The notes beneath the pieces are model-generated. The model saw only the letters and a list, made by a program, of their open reading frames with translations, was not told the DNA's origin and did no database searches. The translations under genes were made by a program, and so were the position numbers. From the IMG/VR virus record IMGVR_UViG_3300028797_000122: a stretch of DNA of 57,371 nucleotides. One strand, given 5' to 3'. The DNA comes from an uncultured virus (IMG/VR IMGVR_UViG_3300028797_000122). Taxonomy: Duplodnaviria; Heunggongvirae; Uroviricota; Caudoviricetes. Position 1 is the first letter of the stretch; each line of letters begins with the position of its first letter. Shown here piece by piece: positions 46,058-54,952 of the stretch.

Positions 46058-46696
46058 TCAGTGTGCTCTTATGAAGTTTAAAATCTGGGCTTGATGGGTT
46101 TTACAAAAATACTCGGGATTTGGGTTAAAACTATTTTGTATCTTACCTCGTTCGGTGTCATCAAAGATTATTAAATGGGTGTCATCGGTATATTTTAAAA
46201 ACTCCTTATATTTGGTTATTAAAACAATTTTATATTTAGTATTCAAGTTTAAAATTTTCTGCTCCTTTTCAAAAGTATAATCAAATAAGCTCGGTTCATT
46301 TCGTTCATACTCCCCAAGAATAACAAAACTAGGGGGCTCGTTCATTCTTTGTAATCTGCTTGTATATTTGTCAACTACATATTCCCATATTTTATCATAC
46401 CATACATCAAATCCTCTTACCATAGGAGTTGTTATGTCTTTATCGAAATAATAATGTGTATAATGAACGTCTACTTTATTGTCAATTACCAACTTAAATG
46501 TATTTAATGGATTCGGCGACTCGTTAAATTCGGACTTTTCTATTTCAAAGTTATTGAAATTTATATTATCCCAATCCTTTATCATATTGTACATACTATC
46601 AGCTAATATAGCACACCAAATAAAAGGGTTAGTAAACTGTAATCCATTAAACTTATAGAGAAATCCGCCAAGGCAATTATTTGACACCACATTCAT
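46058..46696 (-). CDS. DUF1919-like polysaccharide biosynthesis protein
   Basis: VVSNNCLGG.LY...GL.F..PF, HY.HY, R..RM. Confidence 0.75.
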   Translation of the reverse strand: MNVVSNNCLGGFLYKFNGLQFTNPFIWCAILADSMYNMIKDWDNINFNNFEIEKSEFNESPNPLNTFKLVIDNKVDVHYTHYYFDKDITTPMVRGFDVWYDKIWEYVVDKYTSRLQRMNEPPSFVILGEYERNEPSLFDYTFEKEQKILNLNTKYKIVLITKYKEFLKYTDDTHLIIFDDTERGKIQNSFNPNPEYFCKTHQAQILNFIRAH

Positions 46697-47138
46697 TTTG
46701 ACCTATCAATGCCTCCCTAAATTTACTTGAACTATAATCATGTTCCCTTTTGTTGTAATAAATTTTTATTTCTGGAATATCATGTCCCGTATGCGGGGTT
46801 CCTTTATATTCTTCCCCAACAAACCTAATAGTTGGCTTGATTATCTTTAACATATTTTCCAAATCACGCTCAGTATCAAATGGAATAACCATATCGACAT
46901 ACTTATTGGAAGTAACTTGAATCCAGCGTTCAAATGTTGTTTGACATGGTTTGTTCTTGTTTTTACGTGAAATTGTTGGGTCGGTTAAAAGACCCACTAT
47001 TAAAAAATCACAATTATGTTTTGCCTCCATGAGCATAAGGTCATGGCCACAGTGGGGTCCCAACTCAAATGTGCTACACGTAAAGCCGATTACTTTACCT
47101 TCCTGCTTTAATTCAATAATTTTATCTAAGCAATCCAT
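46677..47138 (-). CDS. glycerol-3-phosphate cytidylyltransferase-like (TagD/RfaE family)
   Basis: GFT.S.F...HCGH, LIVGL..D, K..P....ER, VD.VIP, R.H..SSS. Confidence 0.85.
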   Translation of the reverse strand: MDCLDKIIELKQEGKVIGFTCSTFELGPHCGHDLMLMEAKHNCDFLIVGLLTDPTISRKNKNKPCQTTFERWIQVTSNKYVDMVIPFDTERDLENMLKIIKPTIRFVGEEYKGTPHTGHDIPEIKIYYNKREHDYSSSKFREALIGQNECGVK

Positions 47139-48153
47139 ATAATTCGATAATCCTCTCAACGGTTTTTCCTTTTAATTGTTTATCAGCGTATTTATAAATA
47201 CGAATCCAATGCGATAGTTCAGAAAGTAAACATAGAGTTTTCATTTGCGAATAGTTATTGAGTAAGGTATCGTATTCTAGTCTTCTATCATAACGGTTAA
47301 ACGAATGTAATAACTTCCCAATATCTAAGATGTATGATGAAAACAAGTTATCATCAAAATTTGGGTCAATAAGATATACGTTGCCACATACGAAAAGTAT
47401 GTTATCTACGGTTAAGTCACCATGAGAAAAACTCCGCTTCGATTCGAACTCCTTAGCGTGTGTCTTGAACAAGCTTAATATACCATCTTTATCCTCTGAT
47501 GCTATGTCTACTATATTCTCTAGGTGTACTTTGCATCGCTCGATATAGCTATCAAATGAGGCGTTTGATATACTGGGTATAGTTTTCTCTCTGTTTATAA
47601 CCTTATCAATTACGTCAAATACGTTGAAGCCATCATCATCCTCGTTGAGATATTCCATGCATATAGTTTTCCCAATAACACTATAAATTTTAGGTACCTT
47701 GAAGAATGTTTTTGCGACTGAATACCATTTAACCGTTTGTGCGGTATTTTCGGCTGTTTTATATACTTTATTGTCACGTAGTTCAGTCACCGCTCCACTC
47801 AAACCGCCTTTAAATTGTTCGAAAGTCAAGTTTAAAAATTCTTCGGGTTTATATGCTTTATCATCTATATAATATGATGCTAATTTTTTATCGAAACTTA
47901 ATTCCGTGTATTTGCAGTTATGCTTTTTAAGCCATTCCTCTATTTGGCTGTAGTACTTTAGCTTGGCCTCTTCTCGTGTTGTGCAAGACAGACTTCCTCT
48001 GGCTGTGATGTAATAAACATCCCAGCCTAAATCATATAACTCATTTAGTTTTTGTATCAATGCCTCGTTCGCCCGAGCATTTTCAAAATCACGATTTATG
48101 GTAAATGAAACACAATCGTCTATATCTACGACAATGCTATGCGGATATGACAT
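47122..48153 (-). CDS. HAD phosphatase (capsule type) fused to an APH/choline-kinase-like phosphotransferase
   Basis: VDIDD, TARG, YIDDKA; HGDLTVDNIL, LIDP. Confidence 0.8.
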   Translation of the reverse strand: MSYPHSIVVDIDDCVSFTINRDFENARANEALIQKLNELYDLGWDVYYITARGSLSCTTREEAKLKYYSQIEEWLKKHNCKYTELSFDKKLASYYIDDKAYKPEEFLNLTFEQFKGGLSGAVTELRDNKVYKTAENTAQTVKWYSVAKTFFKVPKIYSVIGKTICMEYLNEDDDGFNVFDVIDKVINREKTIPSISNASFDSYIERCKVHLENIVDIASEDKDGILSLFKTHAKEFESKRSFSHGDLTVDNILFVCGNVYLIDPNFDDNLFSSYILDIGKLLHSFNRYDRRLEYDTLLNNYSQMKTLCLLSELSHWIRIYKYADKQLKGKTVERIIELYGLLR

Positions 48154-48154
48154 A

Positions 48155-48790
48155 TCAACCTCCTATTATTATCGGTGCGTTATACGCATTCAACTTGTAA
48201 TGGTCTATAAATGTATCGAGCCCAGTAAGTTCGATAATATGGCCAATACAACGGCGTGGAGCTTTATAAATATTGTACACCTCTGTGTATTCGTTTAAAA
48301 TAGAAAATAACCATGAGCAATAGAGGTTAAATATCTCTGCTTTACCAACGAACATATTGTGCTGGCAACTTTGTTTAGCATTAAGTGCTTTCATATATGA
48401 TTTTACACAACTTGGGCATATATATCGTAATGCGCAATACACATGAAAGACTTCATTTTTAAGACCCCCAAATCCAAACCCCCGGTCCAAATGCCATAGG
48501 CGTGTATTGGGTTCTAGTCCAGTGCGGTGGACTATGATGTCATATTTATTCAATTTTTCGTTCATCTCGGATTCGTTTATATCGAACGCTTTCCTGTATT
48601 GGTCTAGCCCAAATACTTCTGAATTGGTAACATTTTTGTATAGATAATATAGTCCAGTCAGCTCACAGTACCATGGGTTTAATGAGTCAATGTTTTCCTC
48701 AGTATGGGGCTTATCAACATAGTAATGCTCAGTTTTATACTTTCGGCTGATGAATTTTTTATTGCTTGGTCCTGAGGTAAAAATTATCAT
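48155..48790 (-). CDS. DUF4422 family glycosyltransferase
   Basis: NIDSLNPWYCELTGLY, GLDQYR, NMFVGK...YCSWLF. Confidence 0.8.
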   Translation of the reverse strand: MIIFTSGPSNKKFISRKYKTEHYYVDKPHTEENIDSLNPWYCELTGLYYLYKNVTNSEVFGLDQYRKAFDINESEMNEKLNKYDIIVHRTGLEPNTRLWHLDRGFGFGGLKNEVFHVYCALRYICPSCVKSYMKALNAKQSCQHNMFVGKAEIFNLYCSWLFSILNEYTEVYNIYKAPRRCIGHIIELTGLDTFIDHYKLNAYNAPIIIGG

Positions 48791-48798
48791 ATTTCCTC

Positions 48799-49842
48799 CT
48801 AAACTCTAACGGCACCATTATTGGAATACGGCGCCCAATATATTTTGTAATTTTTCATTGTTAGCCAAGCGCCAAAGAAAAACTCGCTAATATAGCCGTT
48901 TATTCTTCTGTTATTTTCAGTAAGAATTACCTTTTTATTGTATTCGGCGAATGTATTGAAAAGCCAATTAAAGTACTCATCAATAACCTGTCTCTTACCA
49001 ATCATCAAATTTCCTTGACAATGCCATTGCCCATATAAAAACTCATTGAAAAAATTAGCAACATCATTTCCGTACATTTCACGCACAGTGCCGATGAACG
49101 CAAAGAAGTCATCTTTTTTGCCGTTTCGTATCGGCCAGGTGAAAATATGCGAACCATTTCCATTTGGATAATGTTCTTTGGCACAAATCACGTCGAAGTC
49201 AGTAAGTATAGAGGAGATTTCTGCTTCGCCCAATAAATTATGCTTGGTTGAATCAAGGAAAAAACGACGATATTGTTCTAGTCCGACGATATTTGCATCG
49301 CAGTGTTTCAATAAGTAGTATAATCCGCTCAGCTCACAATACCACGGATTTAATGTATCTATATTGTCTCCGTCATGGTGTTCATCTATCAAATACTTCT
49401 CACGGATAGTGTCTAATGGACGAAATTCATTCTTGCTACTACCGACTACATATATTTTAATGTTTGAGTGCTTGTCTGAATCATGATTTGCAACAGTGGT
49501 GGTATCCATTTGTTTATTCTTAGAATGAATCTTTAATTTAAACTCCTGGAATTGTCGTTCATGCCAACTAAGTTCATCGTCACTTAACTGTATATAACTA
49601 TTATGAAAGCTTGGGTCAGCGTAAGTTGGTGAGGCATGAGGTGCATCCTTCATGCGGTTAATGATGTTATCTAGCTGAGACCCAGTGCCAAAATGGAACT
49701 TCGGCATCTCTCTTTGTCTTGCCTCAAATGCAGCAGCATCCTGTTCAACCTTGGTCGGTAGTTTAGGGTTTGTCACGGCGGGTACGCCAACATGAGGTGC
49801 ATTACGCATCCTGTTCAGGATGTCTTCAAAAGACGTTCCCAT
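48799..49842 (-). CDS. DUF4422 family glycosyltransferase with repeat-containing N-terminal extension
   Basis: GDNID.LNPWYCELSGLY, VGLEQYRRFF, R..GYISE. Confidence 0.82.
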   Translation of the reverse strand: MGTSFEDILNRMRNAPHVGVPAVTNPKLPTKVEQDAAAFEARQREMPKFHFGTGSQLDNIINRMKDAPHASPTYADPSFHNSYIQLSDDELSWHERQFQEFKLKIHSKNKQMDTTTVANHDSDKHSNIKIYVVGSSKNEFRPLDTIREKYLIDEHHDGDNIDTLNPWYCELSGLYYLLKHCDANIVGLEQYRRFFLDSTKHNLLGEAEISSILTDFDVICAKEHYPNGNGSHIFTWPIRNGKKDDFFAFIGTVREMYGNDVANFFNEFLYGQWHCQGNLMIGKRQVIDEYFNWLFNTFAEYNKKVILTENNRRINGYISEFFFGAWLTMKNYKIYWAPYSNNGAVRV

Positions 49843-49874
49843 CTTTACGCTCTCCTTAAAATTTTCTATATTCT

Positions 49875-49886
49875 AGTTTATAAACT
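49875..49886. promoter_or_regulatory. palindromic bidirectional TATAAACT promoter
   Basis: AGTTTATAAACT, 32 and 28 nt from the divergent ATGs. Confidence 0.6.
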
Positions 49887-49914
49887 GATATCGTAACAAG
49901 GATTTTTACCACCT

Positions 49915-50274
49915 ATGATAGAGACGCTTTGCTGGCTTTCCGGCATCCTCGGGGCATTCTTCTTCGCCATCAACCTTGCACCTCAGATAGCCAAGTGCTA
50001 CCGTACCAAGTCCTGCGGGGGAATCAGCCGCATGTTCCTGGTATTCGCCTTCTGCGGCAACATTTTCAGTGCGATTTTCGTGCTGTACACGAACCTGAAG
50101 ACGGGGCTGTGGCAGTATCCAATCTATTTCAATTACGGCGTGGCCACGTTCCTGACGGCGGTGCTCACGGTGATGAAGGTCCGTTACAGCCTCCGTTCCG
50201 CCCATGTAAGGAACACGATACCCATAATGGGTTACGACGGCTCGTTGGAATACCTTTACGACGAAGCGGCTTGA
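49915..50274 (+). CDS. PQ-loop / SemiSWEET-like 3-TM transporter
   Basis: LAPQI.K.YRTKS..GIS plus TM helices. Confidence 0.8.
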   Translation: MIETLCWLSGILGAFFFAINLAPQIAKCYRTKSCGGISRMFLVFAFCGNIFSAIFVLYTNLKTGLWQYPIYFNYGVATFLTAVLTVMKVRYSLRSAHVRNTIPIMGYDGSLEYLYDEAA

Positions 50275-50299
50275 CAACATCCATTGAATTGTGTATATT
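50271..50299 (+). promoter_or_regulatory. sigma70-type early promoter
   Basis: TTGACA-N17-TATATT. Confidence 0.8.
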
Positions 50300-50307
50300 T
50301 AACTGGC

Positions 50308-50583
50308 ATGAAGAAGCTGAAGAAATACCTTTCATTGATGGATGTCCCGTACACCGAGAAGGACAGCGGTGGCAAGCCGATGGTCCAGTTCGAGTACATG
50401 GGCGTCGTTTACGCCATCCTGCGGTCCGCATCTGGCAAGGACATGTACTGTGTCCTCATGGGTTACAACACGAAGGCTCCGAGCGGGCTCGTGATGGGGT
50501 TCGATAACTTGAAGGAATGGGTACACCGCCTGAGGTATCCAGAAGATTTTGAACCGGGATTGGTCGACCCCCTTGACATGTAG
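50308..50583 (+). CDS. hypothetical protein (probably leaderless)
   Basis: ATG 8 nt after the -10 box. Confidence 0.65.
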   Translation: MKKLKKYLSLMDVPYTEKDSGGKPMVQFEYMGVVYAILRSASGKDMYCVLMGYNTKAPSGLVMGFDNLKEWVHRLRYPEDFEPGLVDPLDM

Positions 50584-50601
50584 CTGTGAATTGCGTATAT
50601 T
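50573..50601 (+). promoter_or_regulatory. sigma70-type early promoter
   Basis: TTGACA-N17-TATATT. Confidence 0.8.
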
Positions 50602-50630
50602 TAGGCTATGTCCACCAAATGGAGATAGCT

Positions 50631-51062
50631 ATGGATAAAACAGAAGATGAACAGCCGTGGTATGCTGGCCACCGTCTTCCCCCAGAAGTTTTCGGGAAGG
50701 TTGCGGACGAATTTTCTGCCGCCCATCCCGAGCTGAAGTGCGAGATACCTGGGCCTAAATGGAAGTTCTGCGAGCGTGACGAGATGTCGTTTCGCATTGA
50801 CGGCGATGCATGGGTGCATGTGACGACTAAACGGTTCCACCCAGGCAACGACATGCATAGTAACGATTGGGTAGACCGCATAGCTATCCGTGACACCCGA
50901 AAACGGCTGCTTGAAGGCCAGCTGACATATCATAACGCACTGACTGCCGAAGATTTCAGAAAACTTCTTGATGGCCTGTTAGAGGGCCCGTATCCTGGCA
51001 AGCATCATCGGCTTGCCGACAAATATCCACCACACGGAGATATACCATGGCCGAACAGATAA
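50631..51062 (+). CDS. hypothetical protein
   Basis: GGAG RBS. Confidence 0.7.
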   Translation: MDKTEDEQPWYAGHRLPPEVFGKVADEFSAAHPELKCEIPGPKWKFCERDEMSFRIDGDAWVHVTTKRFHPGNDMHSNDWVDRIAIRDTRKRLLEGQLTYHNALTAEDFRKLLDGLLEGPYPGKHHRLADKYPPHGDIPWPNR

Positions 51063-51316
51063 AAGCCCGTTGCGACAGCAACCAATTCAACCATTGGGGC
51101 GCCACCGACGACCCCAAGGACCTTACGGTCGGCAAGGAATACGATGTCGACTTCGTAGTAATCCACGACAGTTACACCCAGGTCTACCTCGCAGGTGACT
51201 GCCATGCCTACAACTCGTGCAACTTCTCCTTCTTCGACAAGTTCGGGGATGAAATCGACATTGTCGATTACTTCAACCACCAGCTCGGCATACACAAGTG
51301 TTGGCCAAAGAAGTAG
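51047..51316 (+). CDS. hypothetical protein
   Basis: GGAG RBS; LTVGKEY.V motif. Confidence 0.7.
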   Translation: MAEQIKARCDSNQFNHWGATDDPKDLTVGKEYDVDFVVIHDSYTQVYLAGDCHAYNSCNFSFFDKFGDEIDIVDYFNHQLGIHKCWPKK

Positions 51317-51319
51317 AGC

Positions 51320-51526
51320 ATGAGCGTAAAATGCAAGAAATTCCAGTGCTGGACGTGGAGTCCGTTCATGCTTGTCGGGATTTCCCCGAAGATTGAATAC
51401 TATTGCGGGGAATGCGGCAAGTACAACAAGGGCCGTTTCAACACCAATAGCTATGACAGGGCGGGCGGCCACCTTAAATGCGCCCATTGCGGGACGGAAA
51501 ACATAATTCCCGTCTCGGTTGTCTGA
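51320..51526 (+). CDS. small Zn-ribbon protein
   Basis: CGECG...CAHCG. Confidence 0.7.
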   Translation: MSVKCKKFQCWTWSPFMLVGISPKIEYYCGECGKYNKGRFNTNSYDRAGGHLKCAHCGTENIIPVSVV

Positions 51527-51537
51527 CGAGGTGCCCG

Positions 51538-51774
51538 ATGCCAAGACACAAGTACGGAGTAGACCTGTCTGAACGCTTCAAGGAGTATAAGCCATACTAC
51601 CGTTACATGAAGCGTTGCAAGGGTTTCCGTGAAGCTCTCATGCATGGCGGAGCCGTAGTGCATGACTATGACTTGAATACGACCATGCATCTTAGGCTGC
51701 GAAAGGACGGCAAGACCATCTACGACGATGCCGCATGGTATTTCTTCGAACACACGCACGATGTGCTAACATAA
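51538..51774 (+). CDS. hypothetical protein
   Basis: GAGG RBS. Confidence 0.6.
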   Translation: MPRHKYGVDLSERFKEYKPYYRYMKRCKGFREALMHGGAVVHDYDLNTTMHLRLRKDGKTIYDDAAWYFFEHTHDVLT

Positions 51775-51798
51775 CAGGTAATTCAAAGGAGATTGACT

Positions 51799-52314
51799 AT
51801 GTTCTATATCGAACGAAGCGTACAGGGCCCTCCCCTGTGCAGCGACATCCACGACTGCTACGGCATGAAGGAAGACGGCGAGCTTGGCTGGATTCGTGAC
51901 GGCCTCCGTGCCATCGGGTTCGAGACCAAGATTGAAGCGGAAGATTTCGCAATGACCCACGGTTTCAACCTCTGGGTTCCAGCCAGCGAGTACGACCCAC
52001 GCTACCTCATCGTCGAGGAACTCCGTGTTCCCGAGATTGGCGACATCGTCAAGAAGTACAACGCAAGGCTCTCCGTAGGCATGTTCGGTGGCGGCCCCGT
52101 CATCTCGTGGGGCAACGAGAAGTACTTCATCAAAGTCGTGACCAACACCGACGTGGACAGCTCCCCGTCGAGGAATCGGCCCGAGTACGTCTATGTCGTA
52201 GGCGCCCGTCTCATGGACACCGAAAGCAATACGGTAGTCGACGAGGTTTTCAACCCGACCTACAAACAGATGGAAGAGTTCGTCAACAAGTGCGTCACGG
52301 AACACGGGGTGTAA
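51799..52314 (+). CDS. hypothetical protein
   Basis: AGGAG RBS. Confidence 0.7.
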   Translation: MFYIERSVQGPPLCSDIHDCYGMKEDGELGWIRDGLRAIGFETKIEAEDFAMTHGFNLWVPASEYDPRYLIVEELRVPEIGDIVKKYNARLSVGMFGGGPVISWGNEKYFIKVVTNTDVDSSPSRNRPEYVYVVGARLMDTESNTVVDEVFNPTYKQMEEFVNKCVTEHGV

Positions 52315-52316
52315 CC

Positions 52317-52580
52317 ATGGCGAAGAAACCCATCGAAGAACTGGTCGATATCCTGAAAGGCCATATCGACGATAAGAACCTGAGCGGTGGCAGCGACCGT
52401 CTCCACATCACCGTCACGACAGAGGTGGACATCATCATCGAGATGTTCGGACCCCTGTATGAAGTGTGGATTCAGAACCATGAGGAAGGCGAGGGCTGTA
52501 CCGTGGCAAGGAACGAAGACCGATTCCGGGTGGCATCATTCATCCTGTCGGTATTTTCATTGAACGGGGTGAAGAAATGA
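52317..52580 (+). CDS. hypothetical protein
   Basis: ORF in operon. Confidence 0.65.
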   Translation: MAKKPIEELVDILKGHIDDKNLSGGSDRLHITVTTEVDIIIEMFGPLYEVWIQNHEEGEGCTVARNEDRFRVASFILSVFSLNGVKK

Positions 52581-52930
52581 TGAACTTCATCCGATTCGAG
52601 TATCTGCTTGCTGCGGGAATGGTAGTCGAGAATGTCGAGCGAATCACGATGTCCGAATTAAACGAGTTCAGGCTGAAGGTGCAGCAGGAGTTCGACAGGC
52701 GCCATATCGAGGCGATGTTCCTGTTCAGCAGCAAGTATGCCGAGGAGGCGATGCTCGACTACCCCGGCCTGTTCCAGTTCGAGGACAGCGCATGTACGGC
52801 AATCATCAGGAAGCCTGGGGTTGACAACCAGAAGCTTATAGAGAAGTTCTTCGCCTACCTGTCCACTGACGACCTGGGAGCAATCATCGCCGTCGCCAAG
52901 GAACACTACACGACCGAGGGATTTGAATAA
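52577..52930 (+). CDS. hypothetical protein
   Basis: coupled ORF. Confidence 0.7.
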   Translation: MMNFIRFEYLLAAGMVVENVERITMSELNEFRLKVQQEFDRRHIEAMFLFSSKYAEEAMLDYPGLFQFEDSACTAIIRKPGVDNQKLIEKFFAYLSTDDLGAIIAVAKEHYTTEGFE

Positions 52931-53292
52931 TGACCACGAACGCACCGAACAAGTACAGGCTCAATCCGTTGAAGATGCCTCCTGATGCGTTCCCAGCAGC
53001 GCCTCCCCCGAAGAACCGTGTTCCGTTCTTGGACATATTTGCACTGCAGGAGGAAGTCAAAAGGCTTCGCAAGGAAAACGAGAATATCAAGAAGGGATTG
53101 CCAGTATGGCATAAGGCGTCTGGTCTCGACAATGTCGGCGACAACACATGGTGCATCCTGTACAGCAAGCTACATGGCATTGGAATCGGGTATTGGAGTC
53201 CGTACTACGGATGGATGTTCTACAAGGAGAACCTCATCCAGACGGACAGTGTGACCCACTGGATGCCATTCCCAGATGCACCAAAGGATTGA
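52930..53292 (+). CDS. DUF551-like protein
   Basis: C-terminal VTHWMPFPDAP. Confidence 0.7.
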   Translation: MTTNAPNKYRLNPLKMPPDAFPAAPPPKNRVPFLDIFALQEEVKRLRKENENIKKGLPVWHKASGLDNVGDNTWCILYSKLHGIGIGYWSPYYGWMFYKENLIQTDSVTHWMPFPDAPKD

Positions 53293-53294
53293 TT

Positions 53295-53540
53295 ATGCAA
53301 TTCAGAATTATCAAGGAAACGATTGAAAAGGACGACGGTTCAACCCAAGTCTTTTTCTACCCGCAGAAGAAGGGATGGTTCTTCTGGAACTACTTCTACT
53401 ACTATAACGGAACCTGCCCGTTTGAATACCGTTTCGTGACCGCTGATGAAGCCGAGCGTTTCATCGAAAGGGAAGTCAAGAACAGCAGTTCTTCGGCTAC
53501 CATAGTCGTGAAGGAATTTACAATCAAAAACAGTAGGTAA
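53295..53540 (+). CDS. hypothetical protein
   Basis: AAGGA RBS. Confidence 0.65.
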   Translation: MQFRIIKETIEKDDGSTQVFFYPQKKGWFFWNYFYYYNGTCPFEYRFVTADEAERFIEREVKNSSSSATIVVKEFTIKNSR

Positions 53541-53543
53541 AAC

Positions 53544-54065
53544 ATGGAACTTACCGAAGAACAGAAGAAATTCAAGGAGGAGTCGCTCGAACTCCTCAAA
53601 CAGTCCAACGATGCCGACTACAAGGCGTTCCTGAAGAAGGTTGACGAAATTTCCAAGCGCAATCTCCCCCTCGATACGAAAATCGAGTATGTTACTGGCC
53701 GTTGCTGCGGCTTTGAAGGAATCGGCATCATCCTCAGCGGCGTCATCAGGTGGAAAGACCAGGTCATACTCGCCCGTTTCGACCGTCCGATGCGTACCAA
53801 GCGTGAAGGCGGGGAATGCCACGCATGTGTAGACGTTTTCTCGCTTGGCCGTGCGACGCTCGAACTTGAACCTAATCAGGGCGAGTATGTCATCTTCGAG
53901 ACAACAATCGGCGACAAGGATGCGTTCTGCAAGATTGTCAACAGCATGTGGGACTACACAGACCACCGTGGATACCTCGTCGAAGACCCGCATAAGATGT
54001 TCGGCGTGAAATCAAAGGCGGATGTACCCGATTTCGTTGAAACCAGTAACGTGCGAGAGGACTAA
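53544..54065 (+). CDS. hypothetical protein
   Basis: ORF in operon. Confidence 0.7.
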   Translation: MELTEEQKKFKEESLELLKQSNDADYKAFLKKVDEISKRNLPLDTKIEYVTGRCCGFEGIGIILSGVIRWKDQVILARFDRPMRTKREGGECHACVDVFSLGRATLELEPNQGEYVIFETTIGDKDAFCKIVNSMWDYTDHRGYLVEDPHKMFGVKSKADVPDFVETSNVRED

Positions 54066-54066
54066 T

Positions 54067-54891
54067 ATGACACTTGAAGAACTGTATCGGTGCTTGGGAA
54101 GTTATGTAGAAAACGGCTATGGTAAACTGACAGTTTACGCCGAGAACGGCTTTGGCGAAGGCGGTGAGCTTAATGCCATAACTTTATTGAAAGACGGGGA
54201 GACCATAGTTTTAAGGGAAGATTTTGGTGGCCCATTCTTTGAAGGGGGTTTGTATGATGTGGACGGCAAGTCGCCATTTACTGCTAAGAGGGCTACTGGT
54301 GACGAGGGCCCAGGAGTGCATCCAAATCAGTATATTCTTGAACGAGAAGAAGGAAACGGGATGATGCATACCATTGCTGACATTCCGAAAAATGCTCGTT
54401 TCACGGGAAATGTGGTGCCTATAACAAAGATTCAGAAAGATGAAAACCTACAAGGGGTTCATTGTATGAAATCAAATGAATCATCAGTAAATGATGTCAG
54501 CTGGGACACTATCTTCGCTGAGGTTGTAAAAAAGCATAAGGATTATCTCGCAACAGATTTATCTCCTTGGCTGACCGAAACATATAGCAAGGCGGAAAAG
54601 AAAGAGTATGTGAGATTGAAGTCCCAGGCCGTAAGTATGCCCCAGGATGAAATCTATAAGCATCTCGCCGACAGCAAGATTTGGCAGCGAGTTTCAAGAG
54701 AAGAAATGAATCGCCGTAACGACAAAAAATATAGAGCCCCTAAACATCCGGGACACGAGTATTATGAACCTGAGGCATGCCCGTGGTGTGGCCGGGAAAG
54801 TCTTGAAAAGCAAGAAGACGGCAACTACCACTGCACATGGTGCGGTTATGACCATCTGAAAGAACGAAATTCATATAACTGGGACGATTGA
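54067..54891 (+). CDS. hypothetical protein with C-terminal Zn ribbon
   Basis: CPWCG...CTWCGY. Confidence 0.7.
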   Translation: MTLEELYRCLGSYVENGYGKLTVYAENGFGEGGELNAITLLKDGETIVLREDFGGPFFEGGLYDVDGKSPFTAKRATGDEGPGVHPNQYILEREEGNGMMHTIADIPKNARFTGNVVPITKIQKDENLQGVHCMKSNESSVNDVSWDTIFAEVVKKHKDYLATDLSPWLTETYSKAEKKEYVRLKSQAVSMPQDEIYKHLADSKIWQRVSREEMNRRNDKKYRAPKHPGHEYYEPEACPWCGRESLEKQEDGNYHCTWCGYDHLKERNSYNWDD

Positions 54892-54901
54892 TTCTCTGTA
54901 T

Positions 54902-54941
54902 AAAAAATTAGGGCGGTCATGCTATGATGAACGCCCTTTTT
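54902..54941. terminator. bidirectional terminator
   Basis: AGGGCGGTCAT-6-ATGAACGCCCT with A/T tails. Confidence 0.7.
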
Positions 54942-54952
54942 CGTAACATTTT

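Noticed and set aside
46058..49842. DNA hypermodification cluster
   Set aside because: ThyA looks canonical, no base-modifying enzymes were recognised and the families are surface-glycan types. Not fully excluded without nucleoside analysis.
50284..50610. Two ORFs both beginning MNCVYL (apparent paralogues)
   Set aside because: Artefact of translating the conserved promoter (TGAATTG[C/T]GTATATTT); the likely starts are 50308 and 50631.
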